Shown here in pieces: positions 52,201 to 61,437 of a stretch of 64,000 nt of DNA. Below the pieces are notes generated by a model, which saw nothing but the letters and a program-made list of their open reading frames with translations, ran no database searches and was not told the origin of the DNA. Position 1 is the stretch's first letter. Each line of letters opens with the position of its first letter. Position numbers and translations under genes: made by a program. Source of the stretch: Nitrospinaceae bacterium (GTDB taxonomy: Bacteria > Nitrospinota > Nitrospinia > Nitrospinales > VA-1). Location: NCBI GenBank assembly GCA_023271875.1, contig JALPWY010000001.1, positions 6,091 to 70,090 on the forward strand. Direction: 5' to 3'.

Positions 52201-52276
52201 ATTCGCTGATGTGCTATACGGAATCACCATGGAAGAATGTGGTGTATCAAAAGCGGTTTCTGTAGACCTCAACTGA
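49238..52276 (+). CDS. smc: Chromosome segregation protein SMC (short, 1012 aa)
   Basis: GFKSF, GPNGCGKSN, IIEQG-like Q-loop, hinge (GRGSFIPL, VTRNGEMI..G...GG), LSGGEK, LDEVDAPLD, ITH. Confidence 0.95.
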   Translation: MLLKSLELDGFKSFVDGTHIDFTSGFTAIVGPNGCGKSNVSDAIRWVIGEQSSKSLRGTKSEDLIFNGSSTRKPVNRAEISLTLSSVPQGIRIANVPNVADEVKVTRCYHRSGESEFYINQVPCRLKDITDFLLDVGISPKVLSVIEQGHIQDIIASKPENRRILIEEAAGILKFKHRKNEALRKLDTSTQNLERISDIVQELGRQAEFLKRQAAKTERYKKFQGEIKELSLKLFAKKIRQYTADLKVIEEEISTQAENKTAKNTRASFLDNQITQLSIEIEETLGLLNEKKENVYQLTNKISKNEHTIELKKSQIDQAETDIRSAKNDVTHLQKEIADQADQAKNQRAQLGILSEKISSVENKLEELEKLKNSRQLLYKSTEQKRQQVASGTDHLNLLKEDYLTQSSLLTSLKELRNKFEGFEDGVRSLMNYNENGGRLNGLRKVLADVLKTPVEYEAAITVALGEKLQSVIVNSYDDSVEAITYLKESSSGRGSFIPLNMKANQDPPVHLNGNPGILGKALNFIECEKEYKQVIEMLLHNVVLVTDLSTAIQVFQNPEFNGTVVTRNGEMIDTKGMVFGGSVDEKNTSNLLSQNREMEELATRVNQLNEKYQNALKVLDENKNVLEKMELEVEEKSQAIHQLELALKVQIASLKGKKENTLTEINRLDLQQDNHRHQISKRENNTEESQQKINDTQQAIGIIEKEILESVREKDRLEEEAITDEETLREKEESVKGMEQESKDLSRKIQELTETISKIELKQSEIKMQLAHIEERTFEDFNVTLPELLNRSPEEFDVQEVEQKTRELKEKIGRMGEVNLAALSDFQTTNERYQFLKTQQEDLADSIQLLHQTIERINRTTKQRFLDTFEKVNENFKEIFAHLFRGGKATLSLTDESNPLESGVEISANPLGKRMQNITLLSGGEKAMTAIALVFSVFKVRPSPFCLLDEVDAPLDEANVVRFQEMLKQMSEKTQFILITHNQKTMSFADVLYGITMEECGVSKAVSVDLN

Positions 52277-52425
52277 CTCACCCCTTCCTACACAATCTAT
52301 TCTAGTTAAATTTTCGCATTATGGTGCGGATTTCATCGCTTTGCTTGATTTCAAGGTAATGATCTGTAAAATCTTAAGAATAGAATAAAATTTTAGCAAA
52401 GCTCCTTGCCTGAGTTATTCATTCA

Positions 52426-53775
52426 ATGAAAGAAGCAAAAGATATTGATGACAGCCTTGAATTTTTACGTTCGTTTGAAAAAAACGCAAACAATACTGAG
52501 CTTGGAGAACTCATCCTCCAAAGACTCGACCATCATAATAAAAGCCTCAACTTACAAGGGAACCGGTTTACAGAAACTGAATTTCAAAGTCTATTTTCAT
52601 TCGAATCTCTAAAGCATCTAAAATCAATTGACCTTAGTGAAACAGGGATGAATTCTAAGGCAATTAAACATCTTTGTTCATCTAAGTGGCTACACCACAT
52701 AACATCGCTACCATTAGCCAATAATAACTTAGACGATGAAGGAATATTTTTATTATCCAAAACAAACTGCCTCCCAAAGCTTACGTCTCTAGATTTATCA
52801 AGCAATGAGATTGGGGCATTAGGAGCAAAAGTTCTATCTCTTTCAAAATCACTTAATAGGATTTGCAGCCTAAATATTTCCTACAATCGGATTGAACCCT
52901 TAGGAGTCGACTCTTTAGCAAATTCTGATTTTGGACGACAATTAAAGTTTTTGCAACTTCGCGATACTTGCCTTGGAAACGAAGGAATGAAAAGTTTCTC
53001 TTCCTTCCGTTTAAACGAACTAGAATCACTTGATCTTTCAGACAATGCAATTTCTGATGCAGGATTAGAAACGTTAGCAACATCTAACTCGTTTCCAAAT
53101 CTAAAGAAATTAGTGCTGAACAATAATCACATAGGAGATGATGGTATTTATGCCCTATCCCAATCGAATATGTTTTGCAATCTTGAATCGTTGTTTCTTG
53201 CTAATAACGATTTAACAACTGATAGTGCAATTTCAATATCAGAATCACGTACTCTTACCCAGTTAAAAAGTCTCGACATTAACAATAATGATATTCGTGC
53301 TGAAGGAACAAAAGCGTTATCTGAATCGCCTAATTTAAAATCTATCGAATATCTGGACTTGGGAGAAAATAGATTAGGAACCGAAGGGGCAAAGGCTCTT
53401 GCTCAAAGTCCTAATATGAAAACATTAAAATTTTTGCGCTTAAATAATAATGACATTAAAGATGCGGGGATATCTGAAATGGCTAAATCAAAATATTTCA
53501 CTTCTCTCGAAAATCTTTTTTTAGAAAATGAAAATTGGATTCATTCTGAAGGGGCAAAATCTCTTGCAGTTTCAACTTCTTTCCCGTTGTTACGAATACT
53601 TGTACTTACTTTGAACGCAATAGGAGATGAAGGTGCTTTTCATTTAGCTGGAGAAAATAATTTAAATACTTTGGAGCAACTCAACGTCGCTGGAAATAAA
53701 ATTAGCCCAAGAGGCGAAGATGCCCTTAGAAACTCTCCTTATCTTCAGCACCTTAAAAATCTAGAACTGGTCTAG
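52426..53775 (+). CDS. Leucine-rich repeat protein (about 14 repeats of 27 aa)
   Basis: Repeats such as LTQLKSLDINNNDIRAEGTKALSESPN and LKSIEYLDLGENRLGTEGAKALAQSPN. Confidence 0.9.
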   Translation: MKEAKDIDDSLEFLRSFEKNANNTELGELILQRLDHHNKSLNLQGNRFTETEFQSLFSFESLKHLKSIDLSETGMNSKAIKHLCSSKWLHHITSLPLANNNLDDEGIFLLSKTNCLPKLTSLDLSSNEIGALGAKVLSLSKSLNRICSLNISYNRIEPLGVDSLANSDFGRQLKFLQLRDTCLGNEGMKSFSSFRLNELESLDLSDNAISDAGLETLATSNSFPNLKKLVLNNNHIGDDGIYALSQSNMFCNLESLFLANNDLTTDSAISISESRTLTQLKSLDINNNDIRAEGTKALSESPNLKSIEYLDLGENRLGTEGAKALAQSPNMKTLKFLRLNNNDIKDAGISEMAKSKYFTSLENLFLENENWIHSEGAKSLAVSTSFPLLRILVLTLNAIGDEGAFHLAGENNLNTLEQLNVAGNKISPRGEDALRNSPYLQHLKNLELV

Positions 53776-53939
53776 ATAGAATTAATGCTGCTGCTTTAAT
53801 ATCAACTAAATTTAATTAATCATCTGGTACTCGTCTACCAAGTATCTATTCCCTCAAAGTAATCAGAAAATAAAACTACTAGAGTGAGGTCAAGAGCACT
53901 ATTTATCAGTCATTTTTTGATAGGAAGTTAGCTAAAATA

Positions 53940-54743
53940 TTACTTCCTGGCTAGGAGATTAAATGTGTTCTGAGTTTTTAAGACACTAGTTGCAAGGAAA
54001 GAGCTGAAGCCAAACCGTCTGGCGCAATATTTCTCAACTTTTAGGACTTTTAACCCTTCTTTGGTGAATAAGTCCGTTAGTCTGTGTGGATCTATTCCAC
54101 CAAATTGTCTTTGATAATCTGCGTGGTGATACTCATTCTCTAAAATCGATATTCTTTGCCGCGTCATTTTTCGTCGATAAAAAGCCTCATCAATATTAGC
54201 TAACGTCTTATGCATACTATAACGAATGGGTGTATTGATATTCTGTTTGAGAGGTTCAAAGAATATAAGAAACACTCCTCCAGGAATTAATCGATCGCAA
54301 TACATTTTTATCACCGATTCAAAATCGTACAGATGATGCAATAAAGCTGAGACGATAATCGCAGAGTATTTCTTATCATCGATATTAGCGAATGTTTCTA
54401 CATCACTGACAACTAATCGCGAACACTTCCTGTAATCCTTTGGGATTCGGCCTTCCAACACTCTTATCATTTCGGTTGATAGGTCGACTCCTGTTATTTC
54501 ATATCCTCGCTTTAAAAACTCGAGATACAAATAACCTGTCCCACATCCCAGCTCTAAAATACTTTCTCCCGAAGGATTCATCTCAAAACAAACACGATCG
54601 ATTGTTTTTCTTAGTATACGAGCTTGATAGAAATTGGTTTGTTCAGGGTGTCTATCAAGATAAAACTGATCTTCAAGTTTGTGGACACGTTTATTTTCTT
54701 CTAAAACCTTTTCTCTAGTCAGCGTCGATTCGGGAATTCTCAT
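53940..54743 (-). CDS. Class I SAM-dependent methyltransferase
   Basis: ILELGCGTG, GVDLSTEMI, ALLHHL, LIPGGVF. Confidence 0.9.
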   Translation of the reverse strand: MRIPESTLTREKVLEENKRVHKLEDQFYLDRHPEQTNFYQARILRKTIDRVCFEMNPSGESILELGCGTGYLYLEFLKRGYEITGVDLSTEMIRVLEGRIPKDYRKCSRLVVSDVETFANIDDKKYSAIIVSALLHHLYDFESVIKMYCDRLIPGGVFLIFFEPLKQNINTPIRYSMHKTLANIDEAFYRRKMTRQRISILENEYHHADYQRQFGGIDPHRLTDLFTKEGLKVLKVEKYCARRFGFSSFLATSVLKTQNTFNLLARK

Positions 54744-54751
54744 TTTATTAA

Positions 54752-55600
54752 TTATTTGCTCAAAGTATTAATAAAAAAACGTTTCTCTGCCTTACTGCTT
54801 TCACACTCGTTACAATTAGCACAAGTATCAGGGAATTCACCTTTTAGATGCTGTTCACGCAGAAGATCCATCTTTTCGTTTTTCCACAAATTTGGGACTG
54901 TTTCATTTTGAGCACTCCCAATCATGAGGTTTGCATTGTAGTCAACGCAACAGGGAATTACTCTACCGTCCCATAGAACAACTAACTTCCCGTAGTCTTT
55001 CCCAAAAGGTTCTGGACAAACTTCGGTGCGAGGACTAGTGATTAGTTTTGGCTGTAAACGAACATGATCTACAATTTTTTCCCAGTGGGTAATATAATCC
55101 TCCGCATCCCCTTCCGTATCTTCTTCAACAGTAAAAACCACACCCATTTTTAATTTGGGACGTCTTTTCTCTTTTACTTTCTTTAGCTTATTAATATTTT
55201 GTTCGATGTTTTGTAGTTCTACCCCTCTTACGCGCTTAAAGGTCTCCGCCGAACCGTCAATCGAAAAACGAATGATATCTAGTTTACTGTCAACAATCTG
55301 ATCAATCATTTTATTCGTAAGGAGGGTCCCGTTAGTATTCATAACTACGTAATTGACCCCTTTGTTTTTGGCGTATTCAATCATCCTAAAAATATCCTTG
55401 TGCAAAAGGGGCTCTCCCCAATTATGCATGCACAAGTGTTCTAGGTCTGGACTGTCATCGATTATTTTTTTAAATAAATCAAATTCCATGAATCCACCTT
55501 CACGAGTCATACCCTCTGTTACAAAGCAAAAGGTGCAACGTAAGTTGCATGTATTTGTCGGTTCTATAATTAGAGATGTTATTTTTTTTACTTCCATCAA
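54752..55600 (-). CDS. Radical SAM/SPASM-Twitch protein (BtrN-like architecture)
   Basis: CNLRCTFC, NWGEPLLH, TNGTLL; C-terminal CPEPF..DGRVIPCCVD..CANC. Confidence 0.88.
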   Translation of the reverse strand: MMEVKKITSLIIEPTNTCNLRCTFCFVTEGMTREGGFMEFDLFKKIIDDSPDLEHLCMHNWGEPLLHKDIFRMIEYAKNKGVNYVVMNTNGTLLTNKMIDQIVDSKLDIIRFSIDGSAETFKRVRGVELQNIEQNINKLKKVKEKRRPKLKMGVVFTVEEDTEGDAEDYITHWEKIVDHVRLQPKLITSPRTEVCPEPFGKDYGKLVVLWDGRVIPCCVDYNANLMIGSAQNETVPNLWKNEKMDLLREQHLKGEFPDTCANCNECESSKAEKRFFINTLSK

Positions 55601-56526
55601 TCGATTACCTTGTGCACGATGTATTCAGGTCGATTTTGTATTTTCAAATGAACCCGACCAAGATATTCACCAAGAAAGCCAATAGACAATAATTGAACCC
55701 CTGCAAAAAAAGAAAATACCGCTGATAATACAACAAAGCCTTCAATTAAAATTCCAGCTACCAAGCGCTGATACAACAGAAACATCATTATAGAAAAGCC
55801 CACACCAGCACCCAATAACCCCAAATAAGTAACCAGGCGTAATGGAAAATTAGAATAACCCGTAATCAAATCCCAGGTTAAGCGAAGGAGTGGCAAGACT
55901 CCGTATTTTGTTTGGCCCATTTTTCTTAAATGATGATCAACTTCCACATGTACAGTGGGAACTGCCATCCAACTCATCAATACTGCCATATAGCGGGATC
56001 GATCTTGACATTGATCAATTTTTTCAATAACGCTTCGACGCATTGCGCGAAAAGAACTCAAATTTAATTTAAAACGGTTTCCAAACAGTACCTGTGCTAA
56101 AGAATGGAGCACCTTCGACCCTAAAATCCTTAATACACTATCCCGACGTTTACGCGGAATAGTTACAACAAGGTCGACTTCATCAGTGAAAGCACCTAAC
56201 AACCTCTTTATTTCTTCTGGTGGATTTTGCAAGTCTGAATCAATTTGAACAACAATATTGCCCCGGCTTTCTCGAAAACCAGCCAGAACAGCAGCTTGCT
56301 GACCAAAGTTCCTAGTAAACTTTACAACACGTATATTAGAATCTATTTTTTTCCATTTGCATATCAATTCGAATGAATTATCCGAACTACCATCGTCCAC
56401 AAATAGCAACTCGTACGATTTACCCCAGCTTTCGGCCTCTTTCTTTAGACGGGGATAAAACTCATGTAATACCAGCTCCTCGTTAAAAACTGGAATAACT
56501 ACTGAGACCTGTAATGAATCCATCAT
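55597..56526 (-). CDS. GT2 polyprenyl-phosphate glycosyltransferase (ArnC/GtrB-like)
   Basis: VIPVFNEE, VDDGSSD, RNFGQQAA, IDSDLQNPPE, two C-terminal TMs, GEYLGR..RPEY. Confidence 0.9.
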   Translation of the reverse strand: MMDSLQVSVVIPVFNEELVLHEFYPRLKKEAESWGKSYELLFVDDGSSDNSFELICKWKKIDSNIRVVKFTRNFGQQAAVLAGFRESRGNIVVQIDSDLQNPPEEIKRLLGAFTDEVDLVVTIPRKRRDSVLRILGSKVLHSLAQVLFGNRFKLNLSSFRAMRRSVIEKIDQCQDRSRYMAVLMSWMAVPTVHVEVDHHLRKMGQTKYGVLPLLRLTWDLITGYSNFPLRLVTYLGLLGAGVGFSIMMFLLYQRLVAGILIEGFVVLSAVFSFFAGVQLLSIGFLGEYLGRVHLKIQNRPEYIVHKVID

Positions 56527-56663
56527 AAATCCTTAATTTTAACAAAATGCGTGGCACCGAATTCTTCCCGGGAAATCTAATTATTAACTAATGGTTTTGA
56601 TTCTCTTCGGTCAATATATTGCGCTCAAAAAGTGAAGGTACTTTTTTCAGAGCAGACCAAATT

Positions 56664-58082
56664 TTATGTCGGGGCGTTGGTTGGAGCAATTGCATTTCGC
56701 CACAGTAATGCTAGTGGAGTATTTATCATGGATCGCATGATCCACTTTGGTTCAACTGCCCGGAGTACATGTCTAAAGCGTTGTATGCTTAAATAAAATT
56801 TTCGATTTGCTTCTCGTTTTAGTTTGACCAGGTCGTCTCCCTCCACCTCGCTTGCATTACATGATGCAGCATCGAAAGTATACTCAGAGAAATCTTCGAA
56901 GTTACTTTCTCTAGATTCGATAAAAGTCTGTCTTAAATCTGTTCCTGGATTCGGGATTACCAGTGAAAAATTAGCCGTTGTTAAACCCAGATCGCATGCA
57001 AAGTCTATTGTTTCTTTCATCTCGTCCCGAGTTTCAGATGGAAAACCTAACATGAAAAACCCATGGACACTCATTCGAGCACGTGTAAGTTTTTCAACGA
57101 CGTCATATATTATATTTATATCTAAATTCTTTTTTATCATGTCTTGAATTCTTTGAGAGCCGGACTCTATTCCCAATGCCATCCTATACACGCCGGCCCT
57201 TTGCATTTTATCAATCAACTCGTCATCAAAAAAATCTGCGCGTAATCCATTGGGGAACGATATGTGGATATTTAAATTTCTCTGGATGATGGCATCTAAA
57301 ACGATTTTGGCTCTTTTCATATTAACGTTGAATACATCGTCCACAATATGAAACTCTCTAATACCATATTCATTGATCAGGTATTCTATTTCATCAACTA
57401 CTGCCTTTGGTGAACGATACTGAATGGATTTATCAAAAATATCATGGCAGTAGGTGCATTTGAACGGGCATCCTCGTGAAGTCACTAAGGGAAGAAATCT
57501 TTTATTTCTAAAAACAGGGAAGAAATCCATGGAGGATTGAAAATTAAAATATCGTTCTAGATTAATTAAATTATACTCTTGATCAAATTTATCTAGATCA
57601 CGAATAACCGGTCGGTCCGCTGTACGAATATAAGATCCATTTTTTTTGTAAGCGATCCCCGGAACATTTTCAATATCCCTATCTTGTTCCAAGGCATCGA
57701 TCAACTCTACAATGGTAAGATCACCTTCCCCGCTTACCATCAAATCGACATTAGGGTCATTTAGAATAAATTGTGGCTCATGTGAGCAGTGAGGCCCACC
57801 AAAAACAATTTTTACCCCTGGGTTTATTTCTTTAACTTTAGCGGCATCGACAAATCCATATTTACACTCAATGGTCATAACCCCTATTCCGACAACTTGT
57901 GGGTCAAATGACCTCATGACAGACTCTAACTCTTCATCCGGAGAGTTAGAAATTCTAAGATCAAGGATTTTAACTTGGTGTCCAGCTCTTTTTAAGACAG
58001 AACCTATCGCCAATAAACCAAGAGGCAAGACACGTGCCATCGATTTTTTTTCTGCTGCTGGTCTCAATAATAAAACTTTCAT
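56664..58082 (-). CDS. Cobalamin-binding radical SAM protein
   Basis: PLGLLAI, GGPH, GEGD B12-binding domain; TSRGCPFKCTYC; GIESGS; FMLGFPSET. Confidence 0.9.
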   Translation of the reverse strand: MKVLLLRPAAEKKSMARVLPLGLLAIGSVLKRAGHQVKILDLRISNSPDEELESVMRSFDPQVVGIGVMTIECKYGFVDAAKVKEINPGVKIVFGGPHCSHEPQFILNDPNVDLMVSGEGDLTIVELIDALEQDRDIENVPGIAYKKNGSYIRTADRPVIRDLDKFDQEYNLINLERYFNFQSSMDFFPVFRNKRFLPLVTSRGCPFKCTYCHDIFDKSIQYRSPKAVVDEIEYLINEYGIREFHIVDDVFNVNMKRAKIVLDAIIQRNLNIHISFPNGLRADFFDDELIDKMQRAGVYRMALGIESGSQRIQDMIKKNLDINIIYDVVEKLTRARMSVHGFFMLGFPSETRDEMKETIDFACDLGLTTANFSLVIPNPGTDLRQTFIESRESNFEDFSEYTFDAASCNASEVEGDDLVKLKREANRKFYLSIQRFRHVLRAVEPKWIMRSMINTPLALLWRNAIAPTNAPT

Positions 58083-58095
58083 ATATATCTATTCC

Positions 58096-59214
58096 TTATT
58101 TTTCTGATCCAATGTACTCGGACTGGCAACAACCTAGACAACCAGGAAATATTTTTTCGTTTTTAATTCGTTCACGGAACTCGCGCGACCTCTCTCCATT
58201 CCATGGAGAAATATTGCCTTCATTAACAAAACTCCCTAGTCTGTAATGAGGGCAACTAAAAATATCTCCATACGCAGAAAAGGCCATCTTAGTCCATGGA
58301 GTATAGCAACGGTAATTCTTATAAGAACTTTGATTAGAATAGTACCGAACAATTTCATCCGGTGTTATGTAGTTCGGCGAAAATCGTAGCTGAGATGAAT
58401 AGGCTTTCTCTCTTGTTAGCAATAAATCGAGTTGCCCTTTTAAAATTTTTGGATCGATCTCTTCGATTTGTGGCGTTTTTTCTAACAAGTGATTATCTTG
58501 GTCGTAATCTTTTGCATGCCAATAGGTTGCCGGGTTTTGCAAAACAAAGTTACAAACGTTAACTCCTAGTTTTTCAGCGTAATCATAAAGTGGTACTAAA
58601 TCCATCACATTACCCGAGCTAATTACACAAGTAAGGTGTATTAGGGGATATTTTTCACCAAATATTTTTCGTTGACCGACAAGACGTTCTAAACCCGCTC
58701 GTGTTTTTTTATATGAACCAGGAACCACCGTCACCTTGTCGTGAAACTCTTCACGGCCTTCAAGCGAAACTCCCATGTATAGCAATCCTGAACTAAATAA
58801 AGAACGCGTGCGGAGATCGATTAATTGTTTCACCACGTTCTCTGATAAAGACATTCCGTTCGTAATAATGTGAACCTTGTGATTATTGGCAGCATACTTC
58901 AATATATCCATGAAATCTGCCTTCATAAATGCCTCGCCACCAGTAAAGGTGATCAAGGTGGATCGAGGGAGTGATGCAATCGCGCGTTTTATTTGCTCAG
59001 TTGACAGCTCTTTTTTGTAGGTCTTATTATTTTCTGTGTCTTCTATAATTTCAAGAAAGTGGCACATGTCACAACGCAGGTTACACCGATAAGTCACTTC
59101 AAAATAAACATGCGCTGGAGGAAACGCACGGCCAGGATCAAGGTAATAAGGTAAGAAGGAATACAATCTAGGTAAAACCTTCTGTAGGCTTTTTAATGTA
59201 AATAAATTTGTCAT
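58096..59214 (-). CDS. Radical SAM/SPASM protein
   Basis: CNLRCDMC, TGGEAF, ITNG; C-terminal CYTPW..GDIFSC..CLGCC. Confidence 0.88.
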   Translation of the reverse strand: MTNLFTLKSLQKVLPRLYSFLPYYLDPGRAFPPAHVYFEVTYRCNLRCDMCHFLEIIEDTENNKTYKKELSTEQIKRAIASLPRSTLITFTGGEAFMKADFMDILKYAANNHKVHIITNGMSLSENVVKQLIDLRTRSLFSSGLLYMGVSLEGREEFHDKVTVVPGSYKKTRAGLERLVGQRKIFGEKYPLIHLTCVISSGNVMDLVPLYDYAEKLGVNVCNFVLQNPATYWHAKDYDQDNHLLEKTPQIEEIDPKILKGQLDLLLTREKAYSSQLRFSPNYITPDEIVRYYSNQSSYKNYRCYTPWTKMAFSAYGDIFSCPHYRLGSFVNEGNISPWNGERSREFRERIKNEKIFPGCLGCCQSEYIGSEK

Positions 59215-59218
59215 TAGA

Positions 59219-59956
59219 TTAATTAGTATTCCAGTTCATTAAAACATCAAGGCTCTTATCACCAGCATTAAACAGAAGATCAACCAACGACATATTTGGT
59301 ATAAATCCAGAATATTGTTGCGAGTATCTCGGGTGATCGTACTCCTGATATTCCAACTCAACTCCCTTTTGTGAAAAGTCATCCCCTGATAAATAATCAT
59401 GGGCAAGACCTCCGGTAAGGTAGTGAGTTGCACCCATCTTTTGACAAAGGTTTAAAATTCGGTCAGCTTTTACCCCTTCCACCGAAATGGTGGATGACTT
59501 AAAAGTCTGAGTAGTTATTTTCAGAACCTCCTTAAGATATCCCGTCGTCTCGTAACATAAGTCTAGCAAAAACTCCCATCGCTTTTGATAAACAGAATCA
59601 AAATAGGGGTAATAGTTTTCAAAAAATGGGGCGTTCGAATAATTAAATCTGATTGCAGCGCAATGTTTTTTACTCCAATTGGTGGAATTATCGATACGCG
59701 TATCCTTGAGTAATTGCGTGTAAAGATTTTTTTGCTGTACAGGAACCGTCAACCAAGCCCAACCTTCATTAGTTCGTATCTTATTACGGTTTCTCCAATC
59801 ACGTCTCGTATATTGAACATCATCGAGATACACGAATTGATCCGCTCGCTCCATCTGCTCAAAATAACCAATCCACGGCAGATAGGATGGCTGCAATATC
59901 ACCACACGATTTGCCGGATAGGTCACTGACTCAACTTCGCTTATTTTTGTCCCCAA
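59219..59956 (-). CDS. WbqC-family protein
   Basis: ILQPSYLPWIGYF, DDVQY..WRNRNKI, WLTVPV, SLVDLLFN; start uncertain. Confidence 0.88.
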   Translation of the reverse strand: MGTKISEVESVTYPANRVVILQPSYLPWIGYFEQMERADQFVYLDDVQYTRRDWRNRNKIRTNEGWAWLTVPVQQKNLYTQLLKDTRIDNSTNWSKKHCAAIRFNYSNAPFFENYYPYFDSVYQKRWEFLLDLCYETTGYLKEVLKITTQTFKSSTISVEGVKADRILNLCQKMGATHYLTGGLAHDYLSGDDFSQKGVELEYQEYDHPRYSQQYSGFIPNMSLVDLLFNAGDKSLDVLMNWNTN

Positions 59957-60951
59957 AGTTCTTTCATCCACAAAAATTTTTCCCACCACTGTTTGTTATT
60001 TTTATAAAATTCAACTGTCCGTTGGAGCCCATCATCTAAGTTGATTTTTGCAGTCCATCCTAGTAAACGGCGCGCCTTTTCAGTTGAAGAAATATGCCGA
60101 GAAACTTGGCCTGGTCTGTCTTTTACATGCTCAATCAAATTCTGAGATCTATCGACAAGGCCCAACACCTTCTGCGCTATAGTAAGGATATCTGTATCTA
60201 TACCTGTGCCTAAGTTTATTGCTTCACCAACTACCTTTTTAGAATCAGCGTGCATAATTAGGTCTAAAGCTTCGCAAGTATCCTCTACAAACATCCAGTC
60301 ACGCAAACTCTTGCCACCTCCATGAACTGTCAATTTCTGATCATTGAGTGCGCTAGTAATAAAATTAGGGATCGCTTTTTCTAAATGCTGAAATGGACCA
60401 TAGTTATTAAACGGTCTTACAATGACAGCGGGAAGTCCATAAGTATGCACATAAGAATAAACCAACCGATCCGCACCTGCCTTTGCTGCTGCGTATGGAC
60501 TCATAGGGTTTAAAGGATGATCCTCGCTCATTGGAGTATTTATAGCTGTCCCATAAACCTCCGAAGATGAAATATGAATAAAACGTTCTACAGGATGGTT
60601 AACTATTGCGTTTGCGAGCACCTGAGTGCCAATGACATCTGTTTCAAAAAATAATGAGTTGTCATAGATCGAGCGAGTCACGTGTGACTCTGCCGCAAAG
60701 TGAATCACAATATCGCTATCCGAAACTAACTGATTGACAATATCAGGTTGTGTTACGTTGCCGTGAGAAAACTGGAAGTGTCCGTTTGATTTTAAATTAT
60801 TTGAAATATTTTCCAGGTTTCCGGCATAAGTGAGCGCATCAAGAAGTTGTATCTTATAATTTGGATATTTCTTATGAATGTAGTTAATAAAATTACTTCC
60901 TATGAATCCAGCGCCACCAGTAACAAGAAGATTCTTTTTATGAGAAGTCAT
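59941..60951 (-). CDS. rfbB: dTDP-glucose 4,6-dehydratase (RmlB/RfbB-like)
   Basis: TGGAGFIGSNF, DALTYAGN, FAAESHV, SPYAAAKAG, NNYGPFQHLEK, DRPG. Confidence 0.85.
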   Translation of the reverse strand: MTSHKKNLLVTGGAGFIGSNFINYIHKKYPNYKIQLLDALTYAGNLENISNNLKSNGHFQFSHGNVTQPDIVNQLVSDSDIVIHFAAESHVTRSIYDNSLFFETDVIGTQVLANAIVNHPVERFIHISSSEVYGTAINTPMSEDHPLNPMSPYAAAKAGADRLVYSYVHTYGLPAVIVRPFNNYGPFQHLEKAIPNFITSALNDQKLTVHGGGKSLRDWMFVEDTCEALDLIMHADSKKVVGEAINLGTGIDTDILTIAQKVLGLVDRSQNLIEHVKDRPGQVSRHISSTEKARRLLGWTAKINLDDGLQRTVEFYKNNKQWWEKFLWMKELWGQK

Positions 60952-61437
60952 TTTTTTGGAGAGAATTGGCAAAATCAGGTAGTCAGTTGTCTAAAGCCAC
61001 CTGATGATTTTACATTAAAAATGTTTGAGTTACGATAAACGCCCTGATATTACTTTTCGGACAAAAACATCTTTTCCTTTAGGCTCCAAAAGGCCTTTAA
61101 ATTGTTTTAAAATGGTTGTTTAGCCGAAAAAGCCATTGTGCCTCACGGGATATGGAGACTTTTTTACTGGGACTATAACCCTTTTAAAAATAAAAGCTTG
61201 CGGGTAAATGTGGTCTCAGTTTCAAATATTCATAATAGAATTGTGATCGAAGTTGGCTACTCTTTGCTGCCGTAGATAGGACCTTTCTACACATTCTCAG
61301 GCAAAAAGAACCAATAAACCACACCCGATATTTGTTAAATCCGAACCAAAAAATAGCTAAGTATAATTTTAGAACCACCAAAAAAAGGTGGAGTCTGATT
61401 ATGCAACTTCTTAAAGGTCTTCTGGAGTCGAGACTGC

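Noticed and set aside
56664..58082. Calling the B12-radical SAM a hopanoid methylase or HpnJ
   Set aside because: The motifs are generic to the class and the neighbourhood is sugar-related; it needs phylogeny.
60973..61437. Long intergenic region with 63-65-aa ORFs
   Set aside because: No recognisable protein remnant, RNA motif or repeat; probably promoter or decayed DNA.
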